64,000 nucleotides of DNA from Yuukianura sp. NJ FZ-2021 (lineage: Eukaryota). Numbering within the stretch: the first letter of the stretch is position 1; every line of letters begins with the position of its first letter. Shown piece by piece: positions 1 through 17,375 of the stretch. The position numbers were made by a program, and so were the translations under genes. The stretch spans positions 3,224,001-3,288,000 of the forward strand of contig CM102284.1 of assembly GCA_046563655.1 (NCBI GenBank), written 5' to 3'. A model generated the notes under the pieces. It was not told the origin of the DNA and did no database searches. It was given only the letters and a program-made list of their open reading frames with translations.

Positions 1-2
1 GG

Positions 3-4585
<4,583 letters not shown>

Positions 4586-7211
4586 GAAATCTCTGTGGGG
4601 AGTTATGGATTAACACGGCCAGCGCGATAAGTCACAAATTCTAATTTGGACTCGGAGTTCGCCACGAGAAGGCCTTACAACTTCAAAGCTGATCTGCAAT
4701 GTCCACGGGAAAGAATGACAGACTGAAACTTTGGTCTGAAACAGGAGAACAGCCAAGGGCTGACGTTGCGTGGAACAAGCGTTCTAAATTGTATAATCAA
4801 TCACTAACAGTCAATCGGACTCATTAAATTTACTCTTCCACATTTTCGAAAACGTACTAACTACTACTCTACGAAATGAAGACGGAATTTGGATACTTTT
4901 TCCTACAAACTTGGCCAAAATGTGTAAGTTGTCTAACGTCCCCCCTCTAAAATTCTCGTATGAGAAGACGTTTAGTTAGGACGTTTTAACACGACTTCCG
5001 ACTTACGTAAATCCTTGTTCCACGTTTTTCATGCAATTATAATTATTTTGAACTGTTCTCTCAAAGTGAGTCCCGTTGCTTGATCTTTTCGTGATTTTAG
5101 CACTTTAGTTTTTCAAAAGCTCATTTTTTTCGACTGACATTTGTTTAAACAATTTTTTACAAAGGTAGTTAGGAAGCACTAATATAAAATTAGTTTAGTA
5201 TTTACGGTGTACGAGATACAGTAGCGGATTAGCAGATAAAATAACTAAAAATTTCTCAATTGATAGAACTTATTTGAACAGTTTTAGGTTAGTTAAGCTG
5301 AATATTAGTATGAATGGATTTGAATCTTACTCTAATAATATACCCTCTGCTGTCGTTCTCGGACTATCCCTTATTTCATTGAACAAAATTTAGCATTTAT
5401 ACCAATTCACTCCCTTCTCGATGTTTCTTCGTAATTCATGTAGTATTAGTGTTTTATATTAATTCATTCAATTGAGAATAAAGATCTCGTATCTGTGGTG
5501 TCTATTGTTCAAAAACAACTTTGCATATGAAGATTATCTTATTACAACTTAAGTACGACTCGCTTTGACTTTGTCCATTTCAGAACCTATAGCTATTTCC
5601 TTTAAAAAAATGTGTTTTATGAGATGCATTTGATACATGAAGATACAAAATTGTGCAGGAATCGGACGGATCTTGCTAATCAATTCCCCTCATGGTCCGA
5701 CGCCGGCAGTGCTTCAAAATATAATGTTTGGCGACATTTCCAATGATATGTCAAACTACGGTTTCATAATTGCAACTTCCCATTTCTCCTTCAAATCTAA
5801 TGCGAATGTACAATGTAAATGTCTTCTCTAGGTTTTCCGAGCGCAGCGTCCGTCACGAGTTAAACTCGCTTCTTTTTACAGGACTCTACTGTGCGAAATT
5901 TAACGTTAGGTGAAATGCATTCAAAAGTCCTGCTTATTAGTAATTGATGAATGACTAATGGGTTAATCCGGTACTACAGCAGTAAACATACAATTTGCAG
6001 CAATCTTATACAATCATGTCTCAATTGATTCATAATGTATCAAAATGGTCATGGGTTACGCTGTACTACGTCCAAAAGGTGTTGCTGGTATTCCCTGTTG
6101 CTACATTTAAAGCACTTTCATTTCCACATCCTTGTTCGAGAAGAAACATCCTCTCCAAATAGAAATACCGTAAATACGCACATAATGCCACTCCTGTTTA
6201 ACTATCGTTTTAAATTTTCGCTTCACGAAAACTAGATAGAAACTGGGTCACCACTCGCGCCCTTTCGTCTGGGCTAATTTCTGTGGAAGTGCAAAAACTG
6301 TTCAGAAAATAACATGCGGTTGACATAATTAAGTAAACTCTTTATCCATCAGGGGAAGAATTAGCGAAGACGAAGTTGATGTATTTGTAAACTATTGCTG
6401 CATCGATGTCTAATTTCAACTTATTCTTATTCCGTGTAGATAATTTTAGAGCAGTTAGATTGATTAGAAACCCTAGGTTATGTTTCTATACTATATTTTT
6501 ACATTGTATTTTTACGTTATGTTTTGATGTTATAATTATGTATTGGCGGCGTATCGTTAAGCTGACGCCGATGCACGTATTAGGCCTGACTTCGGTAGCA
6601 CTCCTACCTCTTAAACGAAGCTGATACCAAGGGTACATAGGAGTTTAACAATTTGTATATTATATTTAATTGTCTCAGACAAATATATTTAAATTGAAGG
6701 CTGCAAGTTGAGCTTTTACGGTAATACGTATAACAATAACTCTCAGTTTTTCTGAGTCACTTACACTTGAGAACGTTTGACAATAATAAACGTCATACCA
6801 AGGCACGCACGCCATGGCCCTTCTTAATGCTAAAAGTGAGAAACCGTCGTTAACAACAAATTCAGTCGAATAACGAAGATGATTTTTACAACCCCTTAAG
6901 TCATAATCAGTTTCACCCCCTTAGTAGGTCATGAGTGGGAAACAGAGTGTCAGAGTGTCACTCTATTCAGTTGAGATTGGAAAGCAAACGAAACACTACC
7001 AACATCCCTTTTCGATCAGTGTTAGAAATTTACTCGCTTTATTAGAAATTTACGCCTAGTGTTAGAGCGTCTAGAAATTTCTTTGGAAATGTTTTTTAAT
7101 TAAACGCCATTTTTGCTAAGCCAGTCAAACGTGACACGTTGCGTAAACAACCTAAGACTAGAGATGACATTTCGGGAAACGGCACATTTAGTGTAAGGTG
7201 CATACGGCGTC

Positions 7212-10200
7212 ATGTCACAGAAATTTCAGTCAATGACTGAAATAGTAGCACTCTTTCTTGTTATAACCTTCATTCTGACTTTCGACTGGAGACCGGCTGA
7301 GTGCGACCATATTTATACTCAACAGCGTCAACATCACGCGCCATTAGTGGTGCCGGCAAGCGGTGAGTTTCCTCTGTCACAACTTTTTTTTTTATAAATG
7401 AAATATTGCATGCCTTTTCATGGTAAAGTGATGTGCAAGATTCCCTTCCACGCTTATATCTTTTGGAAATCCTTGTTGCTGCTGTTTCATACGTTTTAAC
7501 TTCCAAGACTAATTTCTTATAACTCATTTTCTGAATTATATTCTAATAGTAAAACATATTTCATATAAATTTTGGCGAAATGAGAGCATTTCGATGCATT
7601 TAGTAAATTTTTTGGCAAAAGCGCTGAAAATAAAATTAGGGTAAAATAAGGGTTTTCAATTTCAATTTTATTTTCATCTTTTTTAGATCTACAACATTAT
7701 CGTCGTGAATGGTCACCACAAATTCCCACAAGAGATGAAGCAGATTCAAGGGGCTTCCCCACACAACCATCATTGTTGTCGAAAATGGGCCTTTGGCCCC
7801 GATACGTCAACCTGCCGTCAAGGTCAAAGGTATCGGAGACGCTAGGTGCTCTAAATGTACTTGGAGGGTACTTTTTGCGAAAAACAATAATGGCCACGCC
7901 TAACCAAAATGTCGAACAGCATGAGAAATTTACACAAAACAATCCAGAAAACGAAGATGAAGAAGAAGACGAAGACCCACTGAGCGCCGAGTTAAGTGAG
8001 CAGCAGAATGTCGTCACCCAAGCTCCAGTATTAACTGTTCGCCCAGAGCATGATGAGAAATTACGTCAAGCATTGTATACGCTGGGACGAAATGTTCTAG
8101 GACAGGTAACAAACTAATCCTGTGATAATTTCATTAAGAACATACTAGCGTTAGTGCATAATTTCAGTAGCCATGTTGAATTGCAACATCAATCGTTGTT
8201 TTCAACCAATCAACCAGTTTTTTTTTTTTTTTTGGATAAATGTTAAAAAAGCTTCGGTACTTGGAATAAATAGCCTGCTCAAATCAATCATAAAAGTTTG
8301 GGTCTGTCAAAAATTAGGAAAACTCCCATAAACTACTATTAACAAAAATTTCCCATTGCTTTCCACTTTAGAGGAAAAATTTCTTCTGATTCGATTTTTC
8401 GAAGACAGAAAACTTACAAAACGTTAGTATTCGAGCTAACTCCAAAAACGAAGTTTCAGAAACCCTGGAAAAACTAATATATACTGATAGCGATCATTTA
8501 CTATATTCGGTGTTATTTATTTACAGAACGTGACTGACTCACTAGTTCCCGTAGTTCAAACGGTGAATCAAATTGGAAAATTCCTTCCTCCATTAGTTTA
8601 TCACGATGGTCGAATTATTCTTGGTAGTGGAGCCAACTCTACCAAGGATGGAGGCCCAATCCGAGATGTCGTTTGCACCACCCCTTCAGGCGGACCGGGG
8701 AAATGCCTTGACCTTTCCGGATGCCCCTCTTTGCTGTTTGACCTCAACAATCTCCGGAAATCCCTTTGCTTCAAGGCTCTCTTCGTTCCAGGCGTCTGTT
8801 GCGCAGATGAGGTCAATCAGAACTTAAATCCTAGCCAGACATTGGTTACCAAGCGTCCAGCGCCGATTCCGAAACCAACAACGGCAAAACCAAACCAAAT
8901 TGTTACGAGAACACCGATCCCCACCAATGACGTTCGAGTTCCGCCAACATTTGAGACGCCGGTAAAGAGTCCGTCTGATGATGAACAATGTGGTCAATAC
9001 GAGGAACCTTCATTTCGAATCGTCGGAGGAGCCAAATCGGTTCCAGCATCATGGCCGTGGATGGCGGCAATTTTTCTCCACGGTCCGAAAGGAACGGAGT
9101 TCTGGTGCGGCGGCACGCTTATTTCGAAGCAATACATCTTGACAGCGGTAACTTAATGCCATTCTTTAATTACTGGGTTTATTTGGCTAAGATTAGTTTA
9201 AACTATTGAAATTCAACTCTTTTTAAATTTTGGTAGGCACATTGCACTAAAGATCAGAAGCAAAAGTCGTTCACCCCACGCCAGTTTTCAGTACGACTTG
9301 GGGATTACGACCTGGTAAAAACAGACGACTTTGCAGAGCCTGCTGTCTTTCGAGTGGCAGAAATAATTCCGCATCCAGATTTTAGCGGAATGGGTTTTTA
9401 TAATGACGTGGCGCTACTTCGGTTAGATCGAGATGTAACATACAGCAGATTCATCAAACCTATATGCCTTCCAACTGGGCCGGCAGCTAGAAATACGTTT
9501 GTTGGTACCTTTGCAACGGTCATCGGATGGGGTACGGACAAATACGGCGGACGAGAAAACAATGCTCTACAAGAGGTTAAGCTGCCCGTTTGGTCAAATG
9601 CAGAGTGTGACAAAACGTACTTCCAGCCCATCACCGACATCTTTCTATGCGCTGGGCTACCATCAGGAGGAAAGGTTAGTGAATACATTGCTATCAAACT
9701 TATTGGAAGCGGTGGTTTGATCCGTGTTTCCTGAGTACGCCAATGCGTTCAGTAGCTGCTTATTACACTAATGTATGTCAGCGCTTGATTAAATGGGAAT
9801 TTGATTTTCAGGATGCGTGTCAAGGTGACAGCGGAGGTAAGAGCAGTGTTTTCGACAATTTTTTTTCTCAAAGTGATGACCACATTGCTTATACAATCCC
9901 ATTTTCAACATTATTTTAATTTCAGGACCTTTGATGCTGGAACTGGAAACAGGAAGGTGGACGCAAATTGGAATAGTTTCGTTTGGAAATCGATGTGCTG
10001 AACCCGGCTGTAAGCAATTTAATAAAAATTTAAACAGAATTAATCCGGAACTTGTATAACTTACTGTATGTTTTGTGGAATTCGCAGATCCTGGGGTTTA
10101 TACTAGGTATGCCTCTCCGTCAAATCCGTCTGAATTTCGATACTCTAAACCGATACTTTATTTTATAATTTCAGATTAACAAAATTCACATCATGGATTA

Positions 10201-10217
10201 AGGATAATGCCATATAA
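7212..10217 (+). CDS. Clip-domain trypsin-like serine protease (proclotting-enzyme-like), secreted
   Basis: Signal peptide in exon 1; clip domain CTTPSGGPGKCLDLSGC...SLCFKALFVPGVCC; activation site R-IVGG; catalytic triad LTA|AHC, DVALL, DACQGDSGG|P; exons about 7212-7362, 7688-8105, 8527-9147, 9237-9673, 9812-9836, 9926-10009, 10088-10106, 10175-10217. Confidence 0.95.
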
Positions 10218-10458
10218 ATGTACCAACTGATTGAGTTGAAAACAAGTTCCCTCACCAAAATGGTGGTAAGTGTAAGTCTATTGTGGCGCTCCATTTTCAT
10301 GTAGATGTCACTCCAAATTCGACAGATTTTGATTCGGTCGTAATACTTCTTCTCATGCTATTTACTATTCCAATCTACTATTTGTAACATGCTTCTTCAA
10401 AATATCGAGCGGTGAGTCGCCATAAAAGCCATGAACGTTGTTCTGTTACATTCCTTTT

Positions 10459-12323
10459 TCAATTGACGAACGGGTTTTTCTCCATTGCGATTTTTACGGC
10501 CCGAATGAGGATGATTTGTACCCCATACTGAAGAATAAGGGCTCCAAAGCCTTTGAAGAGCCCAGAAATTCCTTCTTCTTGTACCGTTGTTCGGAAGCAG
10601 TGAAGAACACCTTCGTATCCAGTAATAACTGGAATAACTTCTACTCCGCAGTCTAAATTGTCTATAATTGTACGCGTTCCTTGAAGGTGGAGTCTAGAAG
10701 GATGAAGTCATAGTCAACGTTGAATCACGGGGAACAAAATGCAGCAGGGTAGTATAGAACAGATTTTATAACCTGTTCAAAATTGTTTCCAGAGGGAACA
10801 GTAAAATGTCGGCAGTGGCATGTCCTACGAGGGATGCAGTTATCTCAGCATAAAACGGCATTTCTGAGTGTTTAGACAATGCTCCCTAAGTAAACGGTAA
10901 CAGATTGATAATTTGATATTTCGGTGTCCGTCTACAAAAAGTGCATACCTGCTTGCGTTCTTTGGCCTCTCTCACACGTCGAATCGTTGCAAGTGACACT
11001 GACTTAATTCCGATGTAAATCAGATAAGATAACAGTCCATGAATTACGGTCGGTACAAGTAGGACATGAACTGGAACAAGTCTACCTAAAAAAAACTAGC
11101 ATAAGTCGAGGGAAAACGTAATTTCGTAATATGTAATCAAAAGGTATAACCACCACCAACAATAATTGCTTCCGGGGCACTATTTGGAAAACGGTATGTA
11201 CTACCATGTATAGTAAAAATCAGAGCATTTATATTTACCTGTATTTGTCCAGTTGGTGATGCGTCGAATACCCTCAGTGAAGACATCTAACAGCCCAGGA
11301 GACTCGCTGAGTGTGACAACTTCGCTTTGAACTGTTTCCACAATATTAATTGAATAAAACGGTGTAACTACGGCCAAACTGATGCTAGACATACATTAAC
11401 ATAATTAGTGCTTAGCCTGGAACTATTTTTAAAACATGAAGGCTGGATATGAGCGAATAGTTAGCGGTGCGTTCTCTGAACTGTCGAGCAGCATTTTATT
11501 CATGATGTCGATGTCGGGAAAACTTCAAAAGCGTTTAAGGAGCGCCGTTCATAAGAGTAGCATGGCGAACCATTCGCACATAACTCGGCCTTTGAACTTG
11601 CATGCATACGAACTATAGGATACGACCTCACCCTTTGAGAAGCATGTGTTGACAAAAAGATTTCATGCTGCTATGTCTCGTTACTTCACTGCAAATATTA
11701 AAAGAATTTTAACGTATTTAAATCAAATTTAAAATCATGAGTATTCTTCGATGGCTTGTGAACGTGAACCTGAACGTGAACCGTAAAACTTCAAAAAGTT
11801 CTACTGAACCCTTGGGCGTCTGCTTATTTTTTAATTTTTACGAACTGGCTATAATGTAAAATGTAATCAAATCACTCAGGAATCTCGCCCCAAGATACTC
11901 GATCTGGACGCTTCCTTGCTGCAGCCATGTTTAATAATCCATAAAAATGTACAGTACTTACTTGGGTAATGTCGACACTTTGGAACCGAGATTTTCTATA
12001 AACATAGTCATGCCCCTGACAAGCAGGCTGCTACCAAGTCCTTTCCAAAGAACCACACAACCCTGTCGTTGGCACATACGAAACACGGGCCTGATGAGGC
12101 CCAGGGGCGATATGTGATAGCTTTTGGAATCAACATGGACCTGGAAATTCATAATTACATGAAATATTTTATCATCCGGACGGCCTAAGTGGATCCAAGT
12201 TTAGAATTAATTTGATTGGCAATTGTTCAACACGCTTACTTGACATTGCCTCCGTAAGACTAGAAATGGATGACTTAGAAAGTTCTCAGTAAAGACTGAA
12301 ATCGCTGCCGCGTTTTGATGCAT
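10459..12323 (-). CDS. SLC25A46: Mitochondrial outer-membrane carrier SLC25A46 homologue (start codon tentative)
   Basis: Spliced translation gives FTENFLSHPFLVLRRQCQ|VHVDSKSYHISP...LWKGLGSSLLVRGM, SFCQHMLLKG, PFYSINIVETVQSE, LHLQGTRTIIDNLDCG...GLFKGFGALILQYG; TGA at 10459-10461. Confidence 0.9.
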
Positions 12324-13608
12324 TTGAATATCGTTTTCAAAAGGCTTGTCGGCTCGTCACTGTCACTCGTTACTCTGGTACTGGGTTAGGTACACTTATT
12401 GTCACTGATTGTTAATCCCACTCATGTAACAGCTGATTATTACCGCTCACGTCAAGCATTGTTGTAATATGGCTGCGGTAACGTTTAATGCCCACAATGT
12501 ACCCGCCAGAGATTTGTCCAAGCGTAGAGCAATTTAATGCTGCCACACACTAACTTCAGCCAGGATAAAGTAAATATGTACACAAATATGTATAAAACCG
12601 CTACTGACATTGCTACACAAGCGTCGCCGCCACTATGGCAGCCATAGAAATGGCTAGGAGTGCCTTAAGCGTTGAATGTAACATGACGTTCGTCCATCCT
12701 TATGTTCACCATACTTTCGTAAGTTCACTAATCCTAGGAATCTCACGAATCGTGAGTCACGATTCAAGTGAGTCAAAATCAAAAAGGACTCTCGCTCAGC
12801 ACTCACAAAAGAAAGGTAGCAAAAAAAATACACAGAACGCACAAATAGCTGAAACGGAGTATAACTAGGTAACATTAACTACTAACAGTACTAAAGTGAA
12901 CGATCAAAGTGACCTAGACGACTTTATAATTCATAATTTTATTTTGCTTATAAATCTTTCTTTTATGCACAAAAAAAGCATTGAAAGGCTCTAAAAATTC
13001 GGAAAACGATGCCGCAAAAAATGTATGTTGGCATCAAATTCGGCCATAAATTTGTGGTTCAATGCGGTTCAATGCATTAAAAAATCGAGCATCCCCACCA
13101 GGTTTACAATCATATTTTTAAAAAAATAGATTAAGTATTAAAGTAAATGTGTATAAAAAAATAACAAAAAAAAAACTTAGAGTTTTAGTTATCAATCAAT
13201 AAACTTGATACTGAGTATCTTTCACTACTTTGATGCTGAAACAGTTCATAGGGTAGGTAGTTAGTACGTCACGTACGTCTGTGTAATGTAAGGGACATAA
13301 TTAAAGCTTCGGTCAGAGACTGGCAAAAAGGGATCTTGGGAGGTGGATCAATTTGAGAGACGTCGGTGGTAGTAAGCAGCTGCTGCGCTTACTACCATTT
13401 TACACAATTTGTTTTTACGGGTTTAGGTGAATTGTGAGTCTGTCAGTTCGTTCTGTCTTCCGCCCTATTTCGTCACCTGTGCCGAATGCTTATTTATCAT
13501 CGATTCAAAGGTCAAAGGAATAACCACTAGTAATCCCGCAAGAGATATTTGAAGACAATTCGCAGGCATCGACACCAAGAGCAGTGTCAAACTCAGACTC
13601 TTATTACC

Positions 13609-15304
13609 ATGTCAAAAAATAAACTCAATTTGACACTACCCACGGCTGCAACAAGTTCCAATGGAACCGTCGAACCATTGTCTCCAAGACACACCAATGA
13701 GTAAGGTTATTTAATATCGTTCGTATTATATAATCTAGTACAGATTCTTATCCAACTCAACCTTGTCAAAACTTATTAAGTTACTCCTTTCGTTTATGGA
13801 ACCTCTGCGTTACGTTCTTGCGAAATGTATTTGCCAACAACTTAATTTGATTACCGTATTGATTTGATAATTTCTTGACTTCACAGAGTTGCTTCATTGG
13901 AATCGCTGGAAATGAAGTTAGCTGAACTAGAGCTAGACGACCAACAGAAGCAGCGAATGCGGTTCTTCCTACTCTCCAAGCAAAAGGTACGGGATCTCTG
14001 TGACGAAGACTTTGAAAAACTGGGAGAACTTGGATCTGGAAATGGAGGAGTCGTTACAAAAGTATTGCACCGCACATCGGGCCTTATAATGGCCAGAAAG
14101 GTAAATGATTTCCAGTTTCCACCCCGTGCTTTTCATATTATCGTTACAATAAGTCCATTACATTTCATTCTTATGTTGTAGATGATTCATCTGGAGGTGA
14201 AACCCGCAGTGAAAAAGCAAATTGTCAGAGAACTCAAAGTCCTGGATGAATGCAATTCTCCCTTCATAGTTGGATTCTACGGAGCCTTTTACTCGGATGG
14301 AGAAATTTCTATATGTAACATAACAAGTTACGTTCAATATTCCCAACGGTTTCTAAGACTTGTGCCCTTTTTTTATTAGGCATGGAGTATATGGATGCCG
14401 GTTCTCTGGACTTGGTATTGAAACGATGTAACGCAATTCCTGAAAACATTCTCGGTAAAATCACGTCGGCAGTACTGAAAGGTCTAGCATACCTCAGAGA
14501 TAAGCATAACATCATTCACAGGTGAATTTCATCAGGTTTTTCTTAATCGTTTATTTTCTTGTCATGATTTTTTTTCGTTCGCTTGGGATTTCGATTCGAA
14601 TAAGGAGAGTTTAATTGATTCTGATTTGCAGGGATGTGAAGCCTTCAAATATTTTGATAAGTTCAAGAGGTGAAATCAAAATTTGTGATTTTGGAGTTTC
14701 CGGTCAACTTATTGACTCTATGGCAAATTCCTTCGTGGGTACCAGGTCATACATGTCGGTAAAGTTCTTAGAAACAGTTTCCCGCTGTAAGATAATTTTA
14801 CTGTTTTAATCATTTTAATTTGTTTTTGTTACTACAGCCTGAAAGGTTGCAAGGGACGCATTACAGCATAAGTTCGGACATATGGAGTCTCGGATTGAGT
14901 CTTGTAGAAATGGCACTGGGTGTATATCCCATACCGCCGCCTAACCATTCCAACAGTGTTAAAGGTTTGAATTAATTTTTCATGTAATTCGAAGACTTAT
15001 TCGTTGTTCAATAGACGTGTTTTTTCACTTTGCAATAGGCGGCGCAAGTTCTGGCATGGCGATCTTTGAACTTCTCAACTACATTGTCAACGAGCCACCT
15101 CCAGAATTACCAAACGATGGACAGTTTACTCCCGACTTTGTTAATTTCGTATCTAGATGTCTACAGAAGGAACCTACTGCTAGAGCTGACTTGAATTCCT
15201 TGATGCAGCACCCGTGGGTGAGGAAATCGGAACAAGAGAATGTAGACATTGCTGGATGGATTCAAAAGACAATGGAAACCCCCACACCTTGCGATAGTAA
15301 TTAA
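13609..15304 (+). CDS. MAP2K1: MAP kinase kinase MEK1/2 (Dsor1 orthologue)
   Basis: [12 protein letters not shown]-terminus; [74 protein letters not shown]; 7 coding exons. Confidence 0.97.
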
Positions 15305-17375
15305 TTAGCCTGCACTACCACATTTCGTCGTTCAATTCAGTTCTGGGTAGCCCATGTAGTGGATTTCTAATCGCATGCATGTTACGGTCACAATTAGTTT
15401 AATTCTTTGTGTTTCTTACTTGTTACAAAGAAAGTGAATCTGTGCTCTGCTCTGTGTGGATTTTTGGAATTAAAGTATTGTTAAAGTTCAGACCCAGACG
15501 TTTGTACGGGGGTTACTACTTTGCTTACTAACCTAAGCAAAGTACAAACTTTGCTTAGAGACGAGGGAGGAGTTGACAGTACGCAAGAGAATTGAGAATC
15601 GTTTAGTGGTGATACGCTGCCGAGTGGCGTCCCGCAATGTCACAATAAAATCAATCAGTCAATGTAGTAAATCCTGATGTACGATAAACCAGCGAGATGC
15701 GTGAGATGCATTAACCTTTGACCCAGACAAGGTGCGCATAGCTTTGAAGATTTTGTACATGGTTTTGGAACGGCAAGACAAAAAGAATGACTCGAGCTTA
15801 CCTAGGGTGACAACAAAGAGTAAAATGTGTTGCTCTCGAGAAGATTAATAATTGACCTTCAGATGCGACTAGGAAGGAGTTGTCCTGCCGGGACCATATT
15901 CAATGGTGAACGTCCGCGGGGTCCTAGGTGTAAGTAAGTTTTGACTCGTGAAAACGTATCGGGAAGTGTTGAGCCTTTCCCGGCTGTAGCTGCTGGACAA
16001 CGTCCCCAAACAGACACAAGGTTAGGCGTGAAGTTTAGCTTGCGCGTACTTTGAGCTTTTTACTCTAACCCTATGGTGTATATGTTTTGAAGCTGTCGCG
16101 GTAGAAATTGCATCCTTAAACCTACGGGCATCATACCTGTATTGTAACCATCATGAAAATCAGAAAATCATCGGTTCTTCAGATCATCTTCAAGTGATTA
16201 CCAAATTTAAAAAAAAAACCCTAGAAACAGTTGTTCTGCCACCCATTTGTAACCACTTTATGTTATAATTTATAATTTCTAAATGTGGTGGCCGAAGTGT
16301 GCCTTTTCGCTTTAAGAAACAACAGAGGTAATTCTGGCTTTACCTAACCGGAAAACTCATAAAAGCCTAGTCTGGCCTTTTAAAGAGAAGAGACGAAAAT
16401 AAGAAAAACAGAGTTTGCTTTTGTTTATTTTATTCAATTTGAGTAAAAACATTAAATTAATAAATCGTAAAGTCTTGAAATCTGGCTGACTGGATTACAT
16501 TTACTCAGGCGATGATAGCGAGGCAAGCTACCACGGGGAAGTACGCTGGAAGTTGACCTAATTCTTAATTCACCAATTCAGCATCATCATTCTTCAATTA
16601 TACGTAGTAAGTTGACAATTCCAGTGGAAGTGTAATGGGAGGCATACATTATACATTTTCCTGTAAGTTAATTAACTGACATCTTAAGTAATCATATCGT
16701 ATGATTCATTATGTGAGGACGAGGAGGGATATGAATGTGATGTGTTGCACCCTAAATTAGCTTCTAACTACCTATTATAATACTATTATACCTTGGTTTG
16801 TTTAGTGATCGTCGGATTCGGATGGTCTTTACCGTAAACAAATTATCTCGTCTCCTATGCAGTGCACGCTGCACTGCTTCCTTCCGCCTTCCGCGCGAAA
16901 ATATCCTTCCAGTGAATTAGAAATGTGTGGATTTCTTGCTCCCTTTTCTGTAAGTTCATATTGAGTATGTAACATTTTGTTAAGTTTACTACACATACGA
17001 ATGAAAGCTATTCAGAATAAGCTAACTAACCACTCGAATTCTAGAAACACCTTCGTGACAAACAGGAGCTGAATGCTGAATCTGTGTACGTTTCTAACAT
17101 CTCGCCTGCCGTTCGTTAATCTACGGATTGTTCTATCCCCATCTTCTGTTCTTCCGGAAATAGCAACGAGTGGCGTTCAAACTGTTACGGAAGCTGATCT
17201 GGTCTAGCGCTGTCAGTTGATATATAATTGTTTAGTGGCATTTGCTTCAGTAGACAGTGGACCCTCAGGAAACTCTAAGCTATCTGTTATCTACTTTACA
17301 GGTTATCGTCATTAATACAAGCCAACAATTACTCCTGCTTTAAGAAGATAGAAGATATCTCGCAACTTTACCAAA

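Noticed and set aside
6538-6630. GU-containing hairpin and CTTCGG loop as a possible ribozyme or ncRNA
   Set aside because: Stems are short and no hammerhead, tRNA or snoRNA core motifs could be matched.
11878-11920. Candidate SLC25A46 exon
   Set aside because: It introduces stops; the exon at 11632-11688 restores the conserved sequence in frame.
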